A stretch of 64,000 nt of DNA from Candidatus Uhrbacteria bacterium. Its GTDB lineage: Bacteria > Patescibacteriota > Patescibacteriia > UBA9934 > GWF2-40-263. Made by a program: the position numbers and the translations under genes. The notes beneath the pieces were generated by a model, which saw nothing but the letters and a program-made list of their open reading frames with translations, was not told the DNA's origin and made no database searches. Position 1 is the stretch's first letter; each line of letters starts with the position of its first letter. The DNA lies in the NCBI GenBank assembly GCA_014239775.1, contig JAAZYG010000005.1, positions 6,746 through 70,745 on the forward strand, in the 5' to 3' direction. Below, piece by piece: positions 16,640-26,039 of this stretch.

Positions 16640-17773
16640 TTATACCAAACTACGCAAAACCTCCCAGGTCTTAAGTGCTGTTTTATCCCATGTGTAATTT
16701 TTTACATGCTCCAATCCTTTTTCAATTAACATTTTTCTTAAACCAGAATCCTCAACTACACTACTCATTGCATTTGACCATGCTTCGGGTTTTTCAGGTG
16801 CAACATACAAAGCAGCATCTCCACAAACCTCCTTATGTACTTGAATTTTCGAAGTTATTAATGCTGTGCCACTTGCCATGGCCTCAAGATTAGGTATTCC
16901 AAATCCTTCATACCATGAAGGAAACAAATAAGCAGTTGCCACACTCATTATGTGCGATAAATCATCGCCATCCACAAATCCGAGTAGCCTAATTTGATTT
17001 TTAAACATCGATCTTTTTATATACACATTAATCTCATCAAAACCAAAACCTTTATCACCTATCAACACAAGCTCAACAGGATCACCTTTACCGCGCTTTT
17101 GTTTAAATAATTCAAAAGCTCGAATAATTGTTTTAAGATTCTTTTTATTTTCAATACGGCCAACAGATAAAAAAAAGTTCTGACCAAGTCTGTACTTATT
17201 TAACACAGATGCACTTTCATTTATTGGCATGCTTTTGTATACACCAGCTTCAGCTGCTAAATGTGTTGTGGTTATATGTTCAGGATTTATTTTTAATAAA
17301 TCCACCAACTCTTGTTTTGTAAAATTAGAAACAGAAATTAACTCATCAGACTTTTTTATTGCACGCTTTGTTGCAGATTTTAATCTTTTAATATCAGATG
17401 ATCTATAAAACGATTTATAAGTAATAAATCCAATATCATGAATTGTAGATACAATTTTTGTGTTCCCTTTATAACGCACAGGACCTTGTGATGGTAAGAA
17501 CAAAACACTTGGTTGAGTCTTGTAAACCTCCCAACTAACACGACCTTGCATCCACATACTACTAATTGGCCAGTTTAGGACCTTAGATTCCCATCCTGTA
17601 GGCATATCTGCTAGATCATCGTTTAATTTACTTGGTGAATATAAAAATACTCTCTCCCCTTCATTAAGAGAATGTTTCTTCATGGCTTGAATCAAATGAA
17701 AAGAATAATTCTCTACACCTGTCCTTTTTGTTTTATTTGCGGATGAAACATCTATACCGTAAGTGACAGACAT
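16640..17773 (-). CDS. GT4-family (GT-B) glycosyltransferase
   Basis: C-terminal EGFGIPNLEAMASGTALITS block typical of GT4 enzymes. Confidence 0.8.
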   Translation of the reverse strand: MSVTYGIDVSSANKTKRTGVENYSFHLIQAMKKHSLNEGERVFLYSPSKLNDDLADMPTGWESKVLNWPISSMWMQGRVSWEVYKTQPSVLFLPSQGPVRYKGNTKIVSTIHDIGFITYKSFYRSSDIKRLKSATKRAIKKSDELISVSNFTKQELVDLLKINPEHITTTHLAAEAGVYKSMPINESASVLNKYRLGQNFFLSVGRIENKKNLKTIIRAFELFKQKRGKGDPVELVLIGDKGFGFDEINVYIKRSMFKNQIRLLGFVDGDDLSHIMSVATAYLFPSWYEGFGIPNLEAMASGTALITSKIQVHKEVCGDAALYVAPEKPEAWSNAMSSVVEDSGLRKMLIEKGLEHVKNYTWDKTALKTWEVLRSLV

Positions 17774-17779
17774 ATTATT

Positions 17780-18784
17780 TTAACTTGTAAATACACTTCT
17801 TTTATAAGCATCTAAATTTTCCAAGGCTATACCTGTACCCTTTGCAACACACTGCTGTGGATCTTCAGCCATAAATGTTGGAACTCCTGTAGCTTCAGCA
17901 ATTAATGTATCTAAATTTCTTAACTGAGAAGAACCACCCGATAAAACTATACCTTTATCCATAACATCAGCGGAAAGCTCTGGTGGTGTCTTATGCAAAA
18001 CCTCTTTTACTGTATGTATAATCCCCTCCAACTCATTTTGTATAGCTGCAGTTACATCATCAGATGTAACATCAATAGTCTTTGGCAAACCATTTATCAT
18101 ATCTCTTCCCTTAACCTCCATAGATAATTTATCTGGCAAATACATTGCAGCGCCTATCTGAATCTTTATATCTTCTGCTGTTCTCTCGCCAATTGCTAAA
18201 CCATACTTACGCCTAATATATTCTGAAATTGCCAAATCAAACTTTACACCTCCTATTCTAACAGATTCTGAAGCAACTATTCCACCAAGAGATATAACAG
18301 CCATTTCTGATGTTCCGCCACCGATATCAATAATCATATGACCAGATGGTGAACCAATAGGAATATTTGCACCAATTGCAGCAACAATAGGTTCCTTTAT
18401 TATATATGCAGCCTTGGCACCAGCAGCCAATGTAGCATCTATAACAGCACGTCTTTCTGTTGATGTTATTCCTCCAGGAACTGCAACCATTACCTCTGGC
18501 CTAAACAAACGAACACCACCCAAAGCTTTATTTATAAAATATCTAAGCATGGCCTCTGTTGTTCTATAATCTGCTATAACACCATCTTTTAATGGTCGTC
18601 TTGCAACAATCGTGTCAGGTGTGCGACCAAGCATGTCTTTAGCCTCTTTACCAACTGCTAATACTTTTTTATCAACATAAGACACAGCAACCACTGAAGG
18701 CTCTTGTATGATTATCCCTCTCTTTGGTAGATACACCAACACCGTAGCAGTACCAAGATCAATTCCGATTTTTTTTTGAAACAT
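17780..18784 (-). CDS. mreB: rod-shape-determining protein MreB
   Basis: Actin-fold phosphate motifs IGIDLGTA and IDIGGGTSE. ATG at 18784 preferred over TTG at 18802. Confidence 0.9.
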   Translation of the reverse strand: MFQKKIGIDLGTATVLVYLPKRGIIIQEPSVVAVSYVDKKVLAVGKEAKDMLGRTPDTIVARRPLKDGVIADYRTTEAMLRYFINKALGGVRLFRPEVMVAVPGGITSTERRAVIDATLAAGAKAAYIIKEPIVAAIGANIPIGSPSGHMIIDIGGGTSEMAVISLGGIVASESVRIGGVKFDLAISEYIRRKYGLAIGERTAEDIKIQIGAAMYLPDKLSMEVKGRDMINGLPKTIDVTSDDVTAAIQNELEGIIHTVKEVLHKTPPELSADVMDKGIVLSGGSSQLRNLDTLIAEATGVPTFMAEDPQQCVAKGTGIALENLDAYKRSVFTS

Positions 18785-18815
18785 ACTTAATTTTTTATCC
18801 AATAAACCACCTACT

Positions 18816-19523
18816 CTATAAACTTACTCTGAATGTTAAATCTTGATCTAAAATTGTATTCAAATCATACACATCATCACCCCATTGATACTTAGCTTCA
18901 TGAGGTATGGCATTTGAAACATTTTTATCAAAATCAATACTCATAGTCAATGGATAGTCTCTTGCACCATTTTGTTTATAATAATCCAATGTATAATCTC
19001 CATTATTAATTGATTCCACAACCATTGGAGATAATTCATATTCAAATATCAACTCCTTACTTTCACCAGGCTCAATAGATATAAAGGTACCAAATGAAGA
19101 CAATCCTAACTCATCAACCACATCAACAGCACCTTCTAATAATGTTGGATTTTTTAGCTTATCATCAAGCAATGACCCATGTACCTTTATAAACTTACTT
19201 CCCATAGGTACGTAAACTCTTGTATATGTTCTATACCTTGTTGTACGCCAATCAAATGATCCTGTATGCTCATATCTTATTTTTGTTCGTCCTATCATTC
19301 TACCATCAGGGCTTTTAAAAATTTCATAAAACAGAAATCTGTTTACTTTTGGATCAGTTTTTAAACTAGCAAGATTGGCATCTACAACTAATTGAAAATC
19401 ATCTGCTCCTGAAATAACCCTTCCTCCAAAACCAGATTTAGTAATTACCTCCTCTAAATTAGTATCCGAGCTATATACAAACAACTGTTTATCTACAAAC
19501 CCACGCCGTAAAGCATCAAGCAC
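18816..19523 (-). CDS. C-terminal part of a DUF4012-type protein, separated from the N-part by one in-frame TAA
   Basis: Same reading frame as 19527-20840. Only codons TAA (19527-19529) and GAG separate them, and the apparent start is GTG. Confidence 0.55.
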   Translation of the reverse strand: MLDALRRGFVDKQLFVYSSDTNLEEVITKSGFGGRVISGADDFQLVVDANLASLKTDPKVNRFLFYEIFKSPDGRMIGRTKIRYEHTGSFDWRTTRYRTYTRVYVPMGSKFIKVHGSLLDDKLKNPTLLEGAVDVVDELGLSSFGTFISIEPGESKELIFEYELSPMVVESINNGDYTLDYYKQNGARDYPLTMSIDFDKNVSNAIPHEAKYQWGDDVYDLNTILDQDLTFRVSL

Positions 19524-19526
19524 CTC

Positions 19527-20840
19527 TTACCATCTATATACCGGTAAGTCATATAAACTATTCTGAACTTCCAGAACCAAATCTGCTAATATTTCTTTTC
19601 TCTGACTGTATGGTATTCCATTTTTTTGAAATCCCTTTTCTACTTCATATTCAATTTTTGTTGCTATATTATCAGATTGAAAAATTTGTCCTGAAATATT
19701 TTGTGACCCAACAATTTCCAAAATGCTTGCTGCAAAAATTGGTGTAAATCCAATCACACTATCAACATATCTAGCATGCGGAACATTTTTTTTCTGCTCA
19801 GCAGACAAAACATTTGATTGTGCAATAAACTGATCAATTACATTTAGTGAACTTACAGCAAAATCCGGTGACCAATTCCCATCACGCATATACCACTTTG
19901 ATTCACCAATATACCTTTTAATTGGCTCTGGGGAATCTCTAAGATTATATTTTTCTGATGGTTTATCTATTGCATACACATCCTCAACTTGAAACGATAA
20001 AATCTCAGTATCCTTTATTTTCAACAATCCATATGTTCCAATAAAACCACCACCGGGACGTAATTCATCATTATTTAAAAACAAAACCAAATGATTTTGC
20101 TCCTCATCTAGACCAACCATACCAGGCAAAACACGAGATGCAATTGAAAGTAAATACAACTGCTCCTCCGCTTTTTTAATATGATCAATAAATGGCTCTA
20201 CTGCATCGAATAAAAAACCGGAATTCTGTTGTTTTTGAATCGTGTCTAATTCTGAAAGAACAAGACCAATCCTTGTAGACATAAGCTCTAATTCACTAGA
20301 AGAAGAATTTAAACGAGCAATAATTGTCTTCTTTGTATCTGTTGGTAAATCACCAAAAGCAACATCTGGTTGCAATCCCAAATTAATCTGTTCAAAATAA
20401 TAATCAGACATTCCTGATAACTTAATTATTTCATCAGATAAATCTAAAAGGCCCTTTACAGAATCAATGACACGACCTCCGGCAATTACAATCTTATTTA
20501 TATGCTCAATTTGGGAATCTATGTATGGTATGAAACTTACAGACTTTATAAATATCAAACTATTTTGAGCAGCACTAAGTGAATCCTTAGATTGATTAAT
20601 AGCTTCGATTGCTTTTTCAAAATGCATTTCAGACGCATTTAATTTTGCTTCCTTAAAATAATCACGAACATCAAAAATATTTACAGTAAACTGACCAACA
20701 GCAATTAATAATATAATGAGCCACAGAATAAACACCCCTGATGCTGTATACAAAAAAGATCGCAACTTAATAATACGTCTGTGTTTTTTATGAACACTCT
20801 CATCTTCTGTTTTATGAATATAAAATGGATCGTGAGACAC
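19527..20840 (-). CDS. N-terminal part of a DUF4012-type membrane-anchored protein
   Basis: N-terminal TM helix. The block LFLNNDELRPGGGFIGTYGLL matches my recollection of the DUF4012 signature (NN-E-R-x-GG-x-G). Confidence 0.6.
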   Translation of the reverse strand: MSHDPFYIHKTEDESVHKKHRRIIKLRSFLYTASGVFILWLIILLIAVGQFTVNIFDVRDYFKEAKLNASEMHFEKAIEAINQSKDSLSAAQNSLIFIKSVSFIPYIDSQIEHINKIVIAGGRVIDSVKGLLDLSDEIIKLSGMSDYYFEQINLGLQPDVAFGDLPTDTKKTIIARLNSSSSELELMSTRIGLVLSELDTIQKQQNSGFLFDAVEPFIDHIKKAEEQLYLLSIASRVLPGMVGLDEEQNHLVLFLNNDELRPGGGFIGTYGLLKIKDTEILSFQVEDVYAIDKPSEKYNLRDSPEPIKRYIGESKWYMRDGNWSPDFAVSSLNVIDQFIAQSNVLSAEQKKNVPHARYVDSVIGFTPIFAASILEIVGSQNISGQIFQSDNIATKIEYEVEKGFQKNGIPYSQRKEILADLVLEVQNSLYDLPVYRW

Positions 20841-20868
20841 AATACATGACTTAATTTAATTATATTAA

Positions 20869-21675
20869 CTATCTTGGTTTTTTTTTACCCTTATACTTTC
20901 TATAATAGTACATTGCGCTCTTTATCTGAACCCTAGTAAGTGGATTAAATAATTGCTTTATAAAACCACCCTCAGCAGTCTCTCTTCTGTGATAATGAAT
21001 TAACTCCACTTTTGGATAATAAGTAACACGCCATTTCTTATCCCAAAATCTTCTACACAAATCTTGATCCTCAAAATACACAAAAAAATTTGGATCAAAT
21101 CCACCAACTTCATCTAAAGCCTTCCTTCTAACAAATAAAGCGGCACCTAATAAATAATCAACATCCTTTGTTTCTATATGATTATAATCCTTCATTAAAT
21201 AATTATCTACAGATTTTTTTGCAAATGATAAATTTTTTAAAATAGGAATCCTTCTATAAAAAATCATTGATGGTTGCATGAATCTATAACAGCTATATTG
21301 AGTCGTACGATCTGGATTAAGAAGCTTTGGACCCACAATTCCTATGTCTGTATTATTATCCATAAATTCCACCAACTTCTCAAGCACGCCAGATAACATT
21401 ACAATATCAGGATTAAAAATAAAACAATATTTAGAATTTGATTTTTTAATTGCCAAATTCATTCCACAACCAAAACCAACATTTTCCTCATTAAATACAT
21501 ACAAAACATCTGGAAATTCTTTTTTAATTTTATGTAAAAGTGAATTATCTAAATTATTATCAACCACAATTATTTCATAAGAAATAGTCGGTGCACTTTT
21601 ATATATACCTTTTAATGTTTGCCTTAATAAACCAGGTGTATTGTAGTGAACAATCAATATTGAAACTTCCTTCAT
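20869..21675 (-). CDS. GT2-family glycosyltransferase
   Basis: ILIVHYNT ... IVVDNNLDNS ... FNEENVGFG (GT-A fold blocks). ATGA overlap with the upstream gene. Confidence 0.8.
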   Translation of the reverse strand: MKEVSILIVHYNTPGLLRQTLKGIYKSAPTISYEIIVVDNNLDNSLLHKIKKEFPDVLYVFNEENVGFGCGMNLAIKKSNSKYCFIFNPDIVMLSGVLEKLVEFMDNNTDIGIVGPKLLNPDRTTQYSCYRFMQPSMIFYRRIPILKNLSFAKKSVDNYLMKDYNHIETKDVDYLLGAALFVRRKALDEVGGFDPNFFVYFEDQDLCRRFWDKKWRVTYYPKVELIHYHRRETAEGGFIKQLFNPLTRVQIKSAMYYYRKYKGKKKPR

Positions 21676-22721
21676 ATAAACCACTTGTGCAGATCTTTTA
21701 TTGTGATCCTTTTTTTCTTCATTAAATCCATTCGCTTTAAAATAATTTTTGGTGTAAGTAAAATACTTTCAATATATGCACCTATATTTTTTGTTTCAAA
21801 AATCAGAACATAAACAAACCTCAATAATTCATTTAATATGATTCTTGGTGCAAAAAGTAAAAATGTAGTAAATCTTAAATTTTTAATAAGTAACAATAAA
21901 TGATTTCTTGTTGAATATTTACTTCTTACTTTTGATTTTTTTAATCTATTTAAAAATTTTTCAAATAAACTCATCTTTTCTTTTCCAAACATCCCTCTAA
22001 AATGATACGCAACTGCATTTGAATTATACATAGCATTCCATCCCAAGGTTTTTAACCTCCATGCCAAATCAACATCCTCCTTGTAAGAAAAAAAATCATT
22101 GTCAAAAAACTCATCCTTATATCTTGCATCATGAAGTGCACTTGCCCTATACAAAACCAGAGCACCAGAAATACCAAAAACTTGTTCGTTTCTATTAAAC
22201 TGCCCTTCATCTAATTCACCTGCGCCTCGATCTATAAAAGTCATATTTTTATATGCATTTATGCCAGTAGAATCAATCATGTCTGATCTAACTGTATTAT
22301 CAAAAACCCCATCCGATTGATTAGAACCGAATGCTCTTAATATTTTTCCACCAAATGATCCAATCTTTTTTTCAACACCAATACCAGAAACTAATTCTTC
22401 TAAAAAAGTAGGTGTGAGAATCACGTCAGGATTTGTAATTAAAATAAAATTATCATTATAGGATTCCTCTCTACAATGATCTAATACAAATCTTATACCT
22501 TGATTATGAGCATAAGAAAATCCTCTATTACGTGCATTTCTTAAAAATTTACAATTAGGATATTCTGTTTTTACAAATGTCTCAACACCATCTGTTGAAC
22601 CGTTGTCTATAACCAATACACTAAAATTTTCAAATGTTTGTTCTGATATGGAATTGAGTAATTTTGGTAAAAATCTCATCGAATTCCATGTAACAATATT
22701 AATAGATACAGATGGCTTCAT
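21672..22721 (-). CDS. GT2-family glycosyltransferase
   Basis: NIVTWNS ... VLVIDNGSTDG ... NRGFSYAHNQG. Confidence 0.8.
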   Translation of the reverse strand: MKPSVSINIVTWNSMRFLPKLLNSISEQTFENFSVLVIDNGSTDGVETFVKTEYPNCKFLRNARNRGFSYAHNQGIRFVLDHCREESYNDNFILITNPDVILTPTFLEELVSGIGVEKKIGSFGGKILRAFGSNQSDGVFDNTVRSDMIDSTGINAYKNMTFIDRGAGELDEGQFNRNEQVFGISGALVLYRASALHDARYKDEFFDNDFFSYKEDVDLAWRLKTLGWNAMYNSNAVAYHFRGMFGKEKMSLFEKFLNRLKKSKVRSKYSTRNHLLLLIKNLRFTTFLLFAPRIILNELLRFVYVLIFETKNIGAYIESILLTPKIILKRMDLMKKKRITIKDLHKWFI

Positions 22722-22726
22722 ATATC

Positions 22727-24217
22727 TTATTTACTTCTGTGTTTCTTTGTGACATTAAAACCTAAATACCTACCAAGCATTAAACGCGACTGTGCATCAA
22801 TTGCAGGAAATGACCCAAATACTATAAACGTTATTGGCAAAAGAAGCCACTGAAATACCATTACTATCCATGTATGTCTACGTACCTTACTTGGACGTTT
22901 TGGAAGCAATGTAAGTGCCATAACAGAGGAAACCAAAATACCTACCATTGCAAATTGCATTAACTGCTCTAGAGTAAAAGGAGCTGCTTGAACTATTGCA
23001 TTAGTTTGTCCTTTTGCAACCCATAAAGGCAACCAACCTAATACAAACATTAATATTGGGGCTGTAGCCCATGTAAACATTCCCTCTATATGATTAAACA
23101 AATATTTTAATTTTATACCTAAACCAATTGTTTTATTTCTCTGAAAACCATCCACTAAAAAAGGAAGGTGCTCTACACCCCATGCCCAACGTCTCATTTG
23201 TACATATAAAGCCTGTAATGATTCTCTGTAAGTTTTACCTGTAACAGTATCCATTGATACAGGCAAAAACATTGGCTCCACCCTATAGTCACCTTCATAA
23301 TGAAAAAATGCTTGCATGAAAATACGCGAATCTTCACTAACAATATCTTTTTGCCAAAAACCAACATCCTTTAACATTTTCCATGGCATAGAATGAGATG
23401 AAAATGTCCACAATCTATCTGGTCTTGCAAGCTCTCCAAACAACCAGAAAGTTGTACCAAATGCACCAACTCTCACTGGTGCTGATGCGGTCCATATATT
23501 GTTCGAAAATAAAGCAATTGGTTGATATGAAACATGGGTTGGATTTTCTATAGTGCAGTACAAATATGTTAAATATGAAAAATACTGCTCATGCGCAATG
23601 GTATCAACATCAAACGCAGAAACTATAATATTTTCATCTTTAATTTCATAAAAATGCTTACTAAGCACATCTACCATTGCATTACCCATCCAATTTAGGT
23701 TTGAGCCTTTACCAGATATCTCACCATCCAATCCACTTGGATGCTCTGTTATAAACAACCCCCTAAACACGCCATCAAACTGCTTCTGTATATTTTTTGA
23801 AACCTGTGTAAAATTATCATGATCCGACTCTTCTCCACCCAAAATAATAATCATTCTATTGTTTGGAAACGAATTTTTTTTTAAAGAATTAATTGTTGCT
23901 TTAATAATTTCAAAATCTTCTTTATACGTAGGCAAGAAAATTAAATGATATTTATTTTTTGTTTCAGGAAGATCATCAATGATTAACTGCCAGTTTATTT
24001 TTTTTACTTTATTATATTTCCACCATGATAAAAACATAAAAACATTAAAATAAACCACCCTAAACAACCAAAGCAAATCAAAAACAATTATAAAAATTAT
24101 TACCCATAAAGGTTTTACAAAAGACAAGCCAATAGACAAAGCAAAAGTTCCCCAAACCAATAGGCCGGGGAACATTTCCCAAAATCTTTTTTTTCCGTAA
24201 CTGTACTTTTCTGACAT
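22727..24217 (-). CDS. integral-membrane processive-type GT2 glycosyltransferase
   Basis: Multiple TM helices flank a GT-A core. QxxRW-like block VQMRRWAWG. Confidence 0.7.
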   Translation of the reverse strand: MSEKYSYGKKRFWEMFPGLLVWGTFALSIGLSFVKPLWVIIFIIVFDLLWLFRVVYFNVFMFLSWWKYNKVKKINWQLIIDDLPETKNKYHLIFLPTYKEDFEIIKATINSLKKNSFPNNRMIIILGGEESDHDNFTQVSKNIQKQFDGVFRGLFITEHPSGLDGEISGKGSNLNWMGNAMVDVLSKHFYEIKDENIIVSAFDVDTIAHEQYFSYLTYLYCTIENPTHVSYQPIALFSNNIWTASAPVRVGAFGTTFWLFGELARPDRLWTFSSHSMPWKMLKDVGFWQKDIVSEDSRIFMQAFFHYEGDYRVEPMFLPVSMDTVTGKTYRESLQALYVQMRRWAWGVEHLPFLVDGFQRNKTIGLGIKLKYLFNHIEGMFTWATAPILMFVLGWLPLWVAKGQTNAIVQAAPFTLEQLMQFAMVGILVSSVMALTLLPKRPSKVRRHTWIVMVFQWLLLPITFIVFGSFPAIDAQSRLMLGRYLGFNVTKKHRSK

Positions 24218-24894
24218 TAGTGATCAGACGAAATGTCTTTTTTTAAACGAGTTAACAACTGCGACGCATGATCCTTGCCTCCTAGACCAAAAGCCAATCC
24301 ACCAGCAAGCGACAACATAAATACCAAACCGGTAAACAAAACCCTTATTAAGTCTGGTGCAATTTGCAACTGAACCAAAGCCGCCATAAAGCTGAATACT
24401 AAAATTGCCCATTTAGCCATTCCAGACAAAAAATTTGCTGAAGCAAGTTGAGCTGCCTCAACAGCAGACTTAACTACATTTTGAACAAAATTTCCCAATA
24501 AAATTCCTGCTAATAAAACAATTACTGCAACAATAACATTCGGGATAAATAGTACTACTTGTTTTAAGTAATCTGTGACTTCCAACCAACCAAGTATCTC
24601 TGTAGCCGCAATAAGTGCAACAATAATAAAAAACCATTTTACAATCCACCCCATTAAATTACCTATGTGTAATCTAATTCCCATTCTATCAAACTGAGAT
24701 CTGATCTCTAATTTTTGTGCCAGATCATCAATTCTCATTAATTTTATCAACTGCTCAACAACTGTACGAAGAACATGAGCAATTATCATACCCAAAATAA
24801 AAACAACAATTGCACCTATTACATTTGGCAAGTATGCAATTATTGTATCCCACAACTGTAACAGCGGCCCCTGTAACACATCTGATAAATTCAT
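24217..24894 (-). CDS. multi-pass membrane protein (conserved TM-helix-repeat / small mechanosensitive-like)
   Basis: Four or more hydrophobic helices. The N-terminal block LPNVIGAIVVFILGMIIAHVL resembles TM_helix repeat proteins (recollection). Confidence 0.5.
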   Translation of the reverse strand: MNLSDVLQGPLLQLWDTIIAYLPNVIGAIVVFILGMIIAHVLRTVVEQLIKLMRIDDLAQKLEIRSQFDRMGIRLHIGNLMGWIVKWFFIIVALIAATEILGWLEVTDYLKQVVLFIPNVIVAVIVLLAGILLGNFVQNVVKSAVEAAQLASANFLSGMAKWAILVFSFMAALVQLQIAPDLIRVLFTGLVFMLSLAGGLAFGLGGKDHASQLLTRLKKDISSDH

Positions 24895-25001
24895 ATATAA
24901 ATTTAATTTATTAATTATTAAGACTCAAATACTTTTACCAAACGTTACCATCAATTACATCACAATCCAACCCTTAAACCAAAAATACACACTATTTACA
25001 A

Positions 25002-25397
25002 CTATTCACCAAAACCCTTCACAGCTGGTCTGTCATATACCGGATTTACATATTGTACTTCACTAGACAACTTGGAAAAATCAACTTCATTTAATAAATC
25101 TACCGGGTTAAGAAATTTATAATTATCAATAGAATATACTGGAATGTTTTGAGTAAATCCAAAAGTATTTGCGATTGCAGTACTGGTTCTTGTTGAAGTA
25201 AAAGAACCCGGTCCACTCACACACATAACAGCATCTATTTCTGATGCAGATAGATTCCATTTGTCTAATTGCTCAGAAATAACTTTTAAAAGCTGTTCTG
25301 GAGACAAATCATACCTATTTATATGCTCAAAAACCCCATCCTTTACAATACCTATCCATGCAAATTTAATATCTTGTGCTGATAGAAATAAAATCAT
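25002..25397 (-). CDS. tsaB: TsaB/YeaZ-like t6A biosynthesis protein (short, N-domain only)
   Basis: GPGSFTSTRTSTAIANTF resembles the TsaB GPGSFTGLR block. 131 aa. Confidence 0.6.
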   Translation of the reverse strand: MILFLSAQDIKFAWIGIVKDGVFEHINRYDLSPEQLLKVISEQLDKWNLSASEIDAVMCVSGPGSFTSTRTSTAIANTFGFTQNIPVYSIDNYKFLNPVDLLNEVDFSKLSSEVQYVNPVYDRPAVKGFGE

Positions 25398-26005
25398 ACC
25401 TTTGTCATTTTATCTATCATTACAATTTTGTCAGAATTTAATATCTCAAGCAAAAATTTATCAGCCATTTGCCTTCTATCCAAAAATTCATCTTTTGGCA
25501 TTAAAGTATAATTTATCTCATAAGGAACCTCGAACTCGAATTTGTTAATAATTTTTTCTAAAATAGACTGCTTAATATCGCCAACTATTAATATATCCGT
25601 AGGAACAGATGGACTATCAACAAAACGACCTGTGAACACCATATAATGTATACTGCCTTTTTCATTAATCTCCTGTACAAGATTTTGTTTTAATAATATT
25701 TGAATCTTTTGAAATAATGAACGTAGATCGCTATATAATATAAAATCCGTATTTACCTGATAATACTTCTTTTTATCAGCAAGTGCCGTTGTTTTTTTGA
25801 TGTTCTTTACATGTTTTTCCCTAATTAGGCCCATTTCTAATAAATTCTTCAATTCACGTCTTACAGAATTAAGCTGTGCATCTATTTTTCTGGTAAGTTG
25901 TCTAACATAAAAAGCCTCCTGCGAGCACTGCAAGAACAAACTCATCAAACGAGCACGTGTCTTTGAACCAAACATCTGCTCAAGTTTAAAATTATTTTTT
26001 GTCAT
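25394..26005 (-). CDS. winged-helix transcriptional regulator-like protein
   Basis: FGSKTRARLMSLFL ... FYVRQLTRKIDAQLNSVRRELKNLLEMGLI (ArsR/MarR-like wHTH). ATG at 26005 preferred. Confidence 0.55.
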   Translation of the reverse strand: MTKNNFKLEQMFGSKTRARLMSLFLQCSQEAFYVRQLTRKIDAQLNSVRRELKNLLEMGLIREKHVKNIKKTTALADKKKYYQVNTDFILYSDLRSLFQKIQILLKQNLVQEINEKGSIHYMVFTGRFVDSPSVPTDILIVGDIKQSILEKIINKFEFEVPYEINYTLMPKDEFLDRRQMADKFLLEILNSDKIVMIDKMTKV

Positions 26006-26039
26006 AAATCCTATTGCACACAATGATTATCCAGGTATA

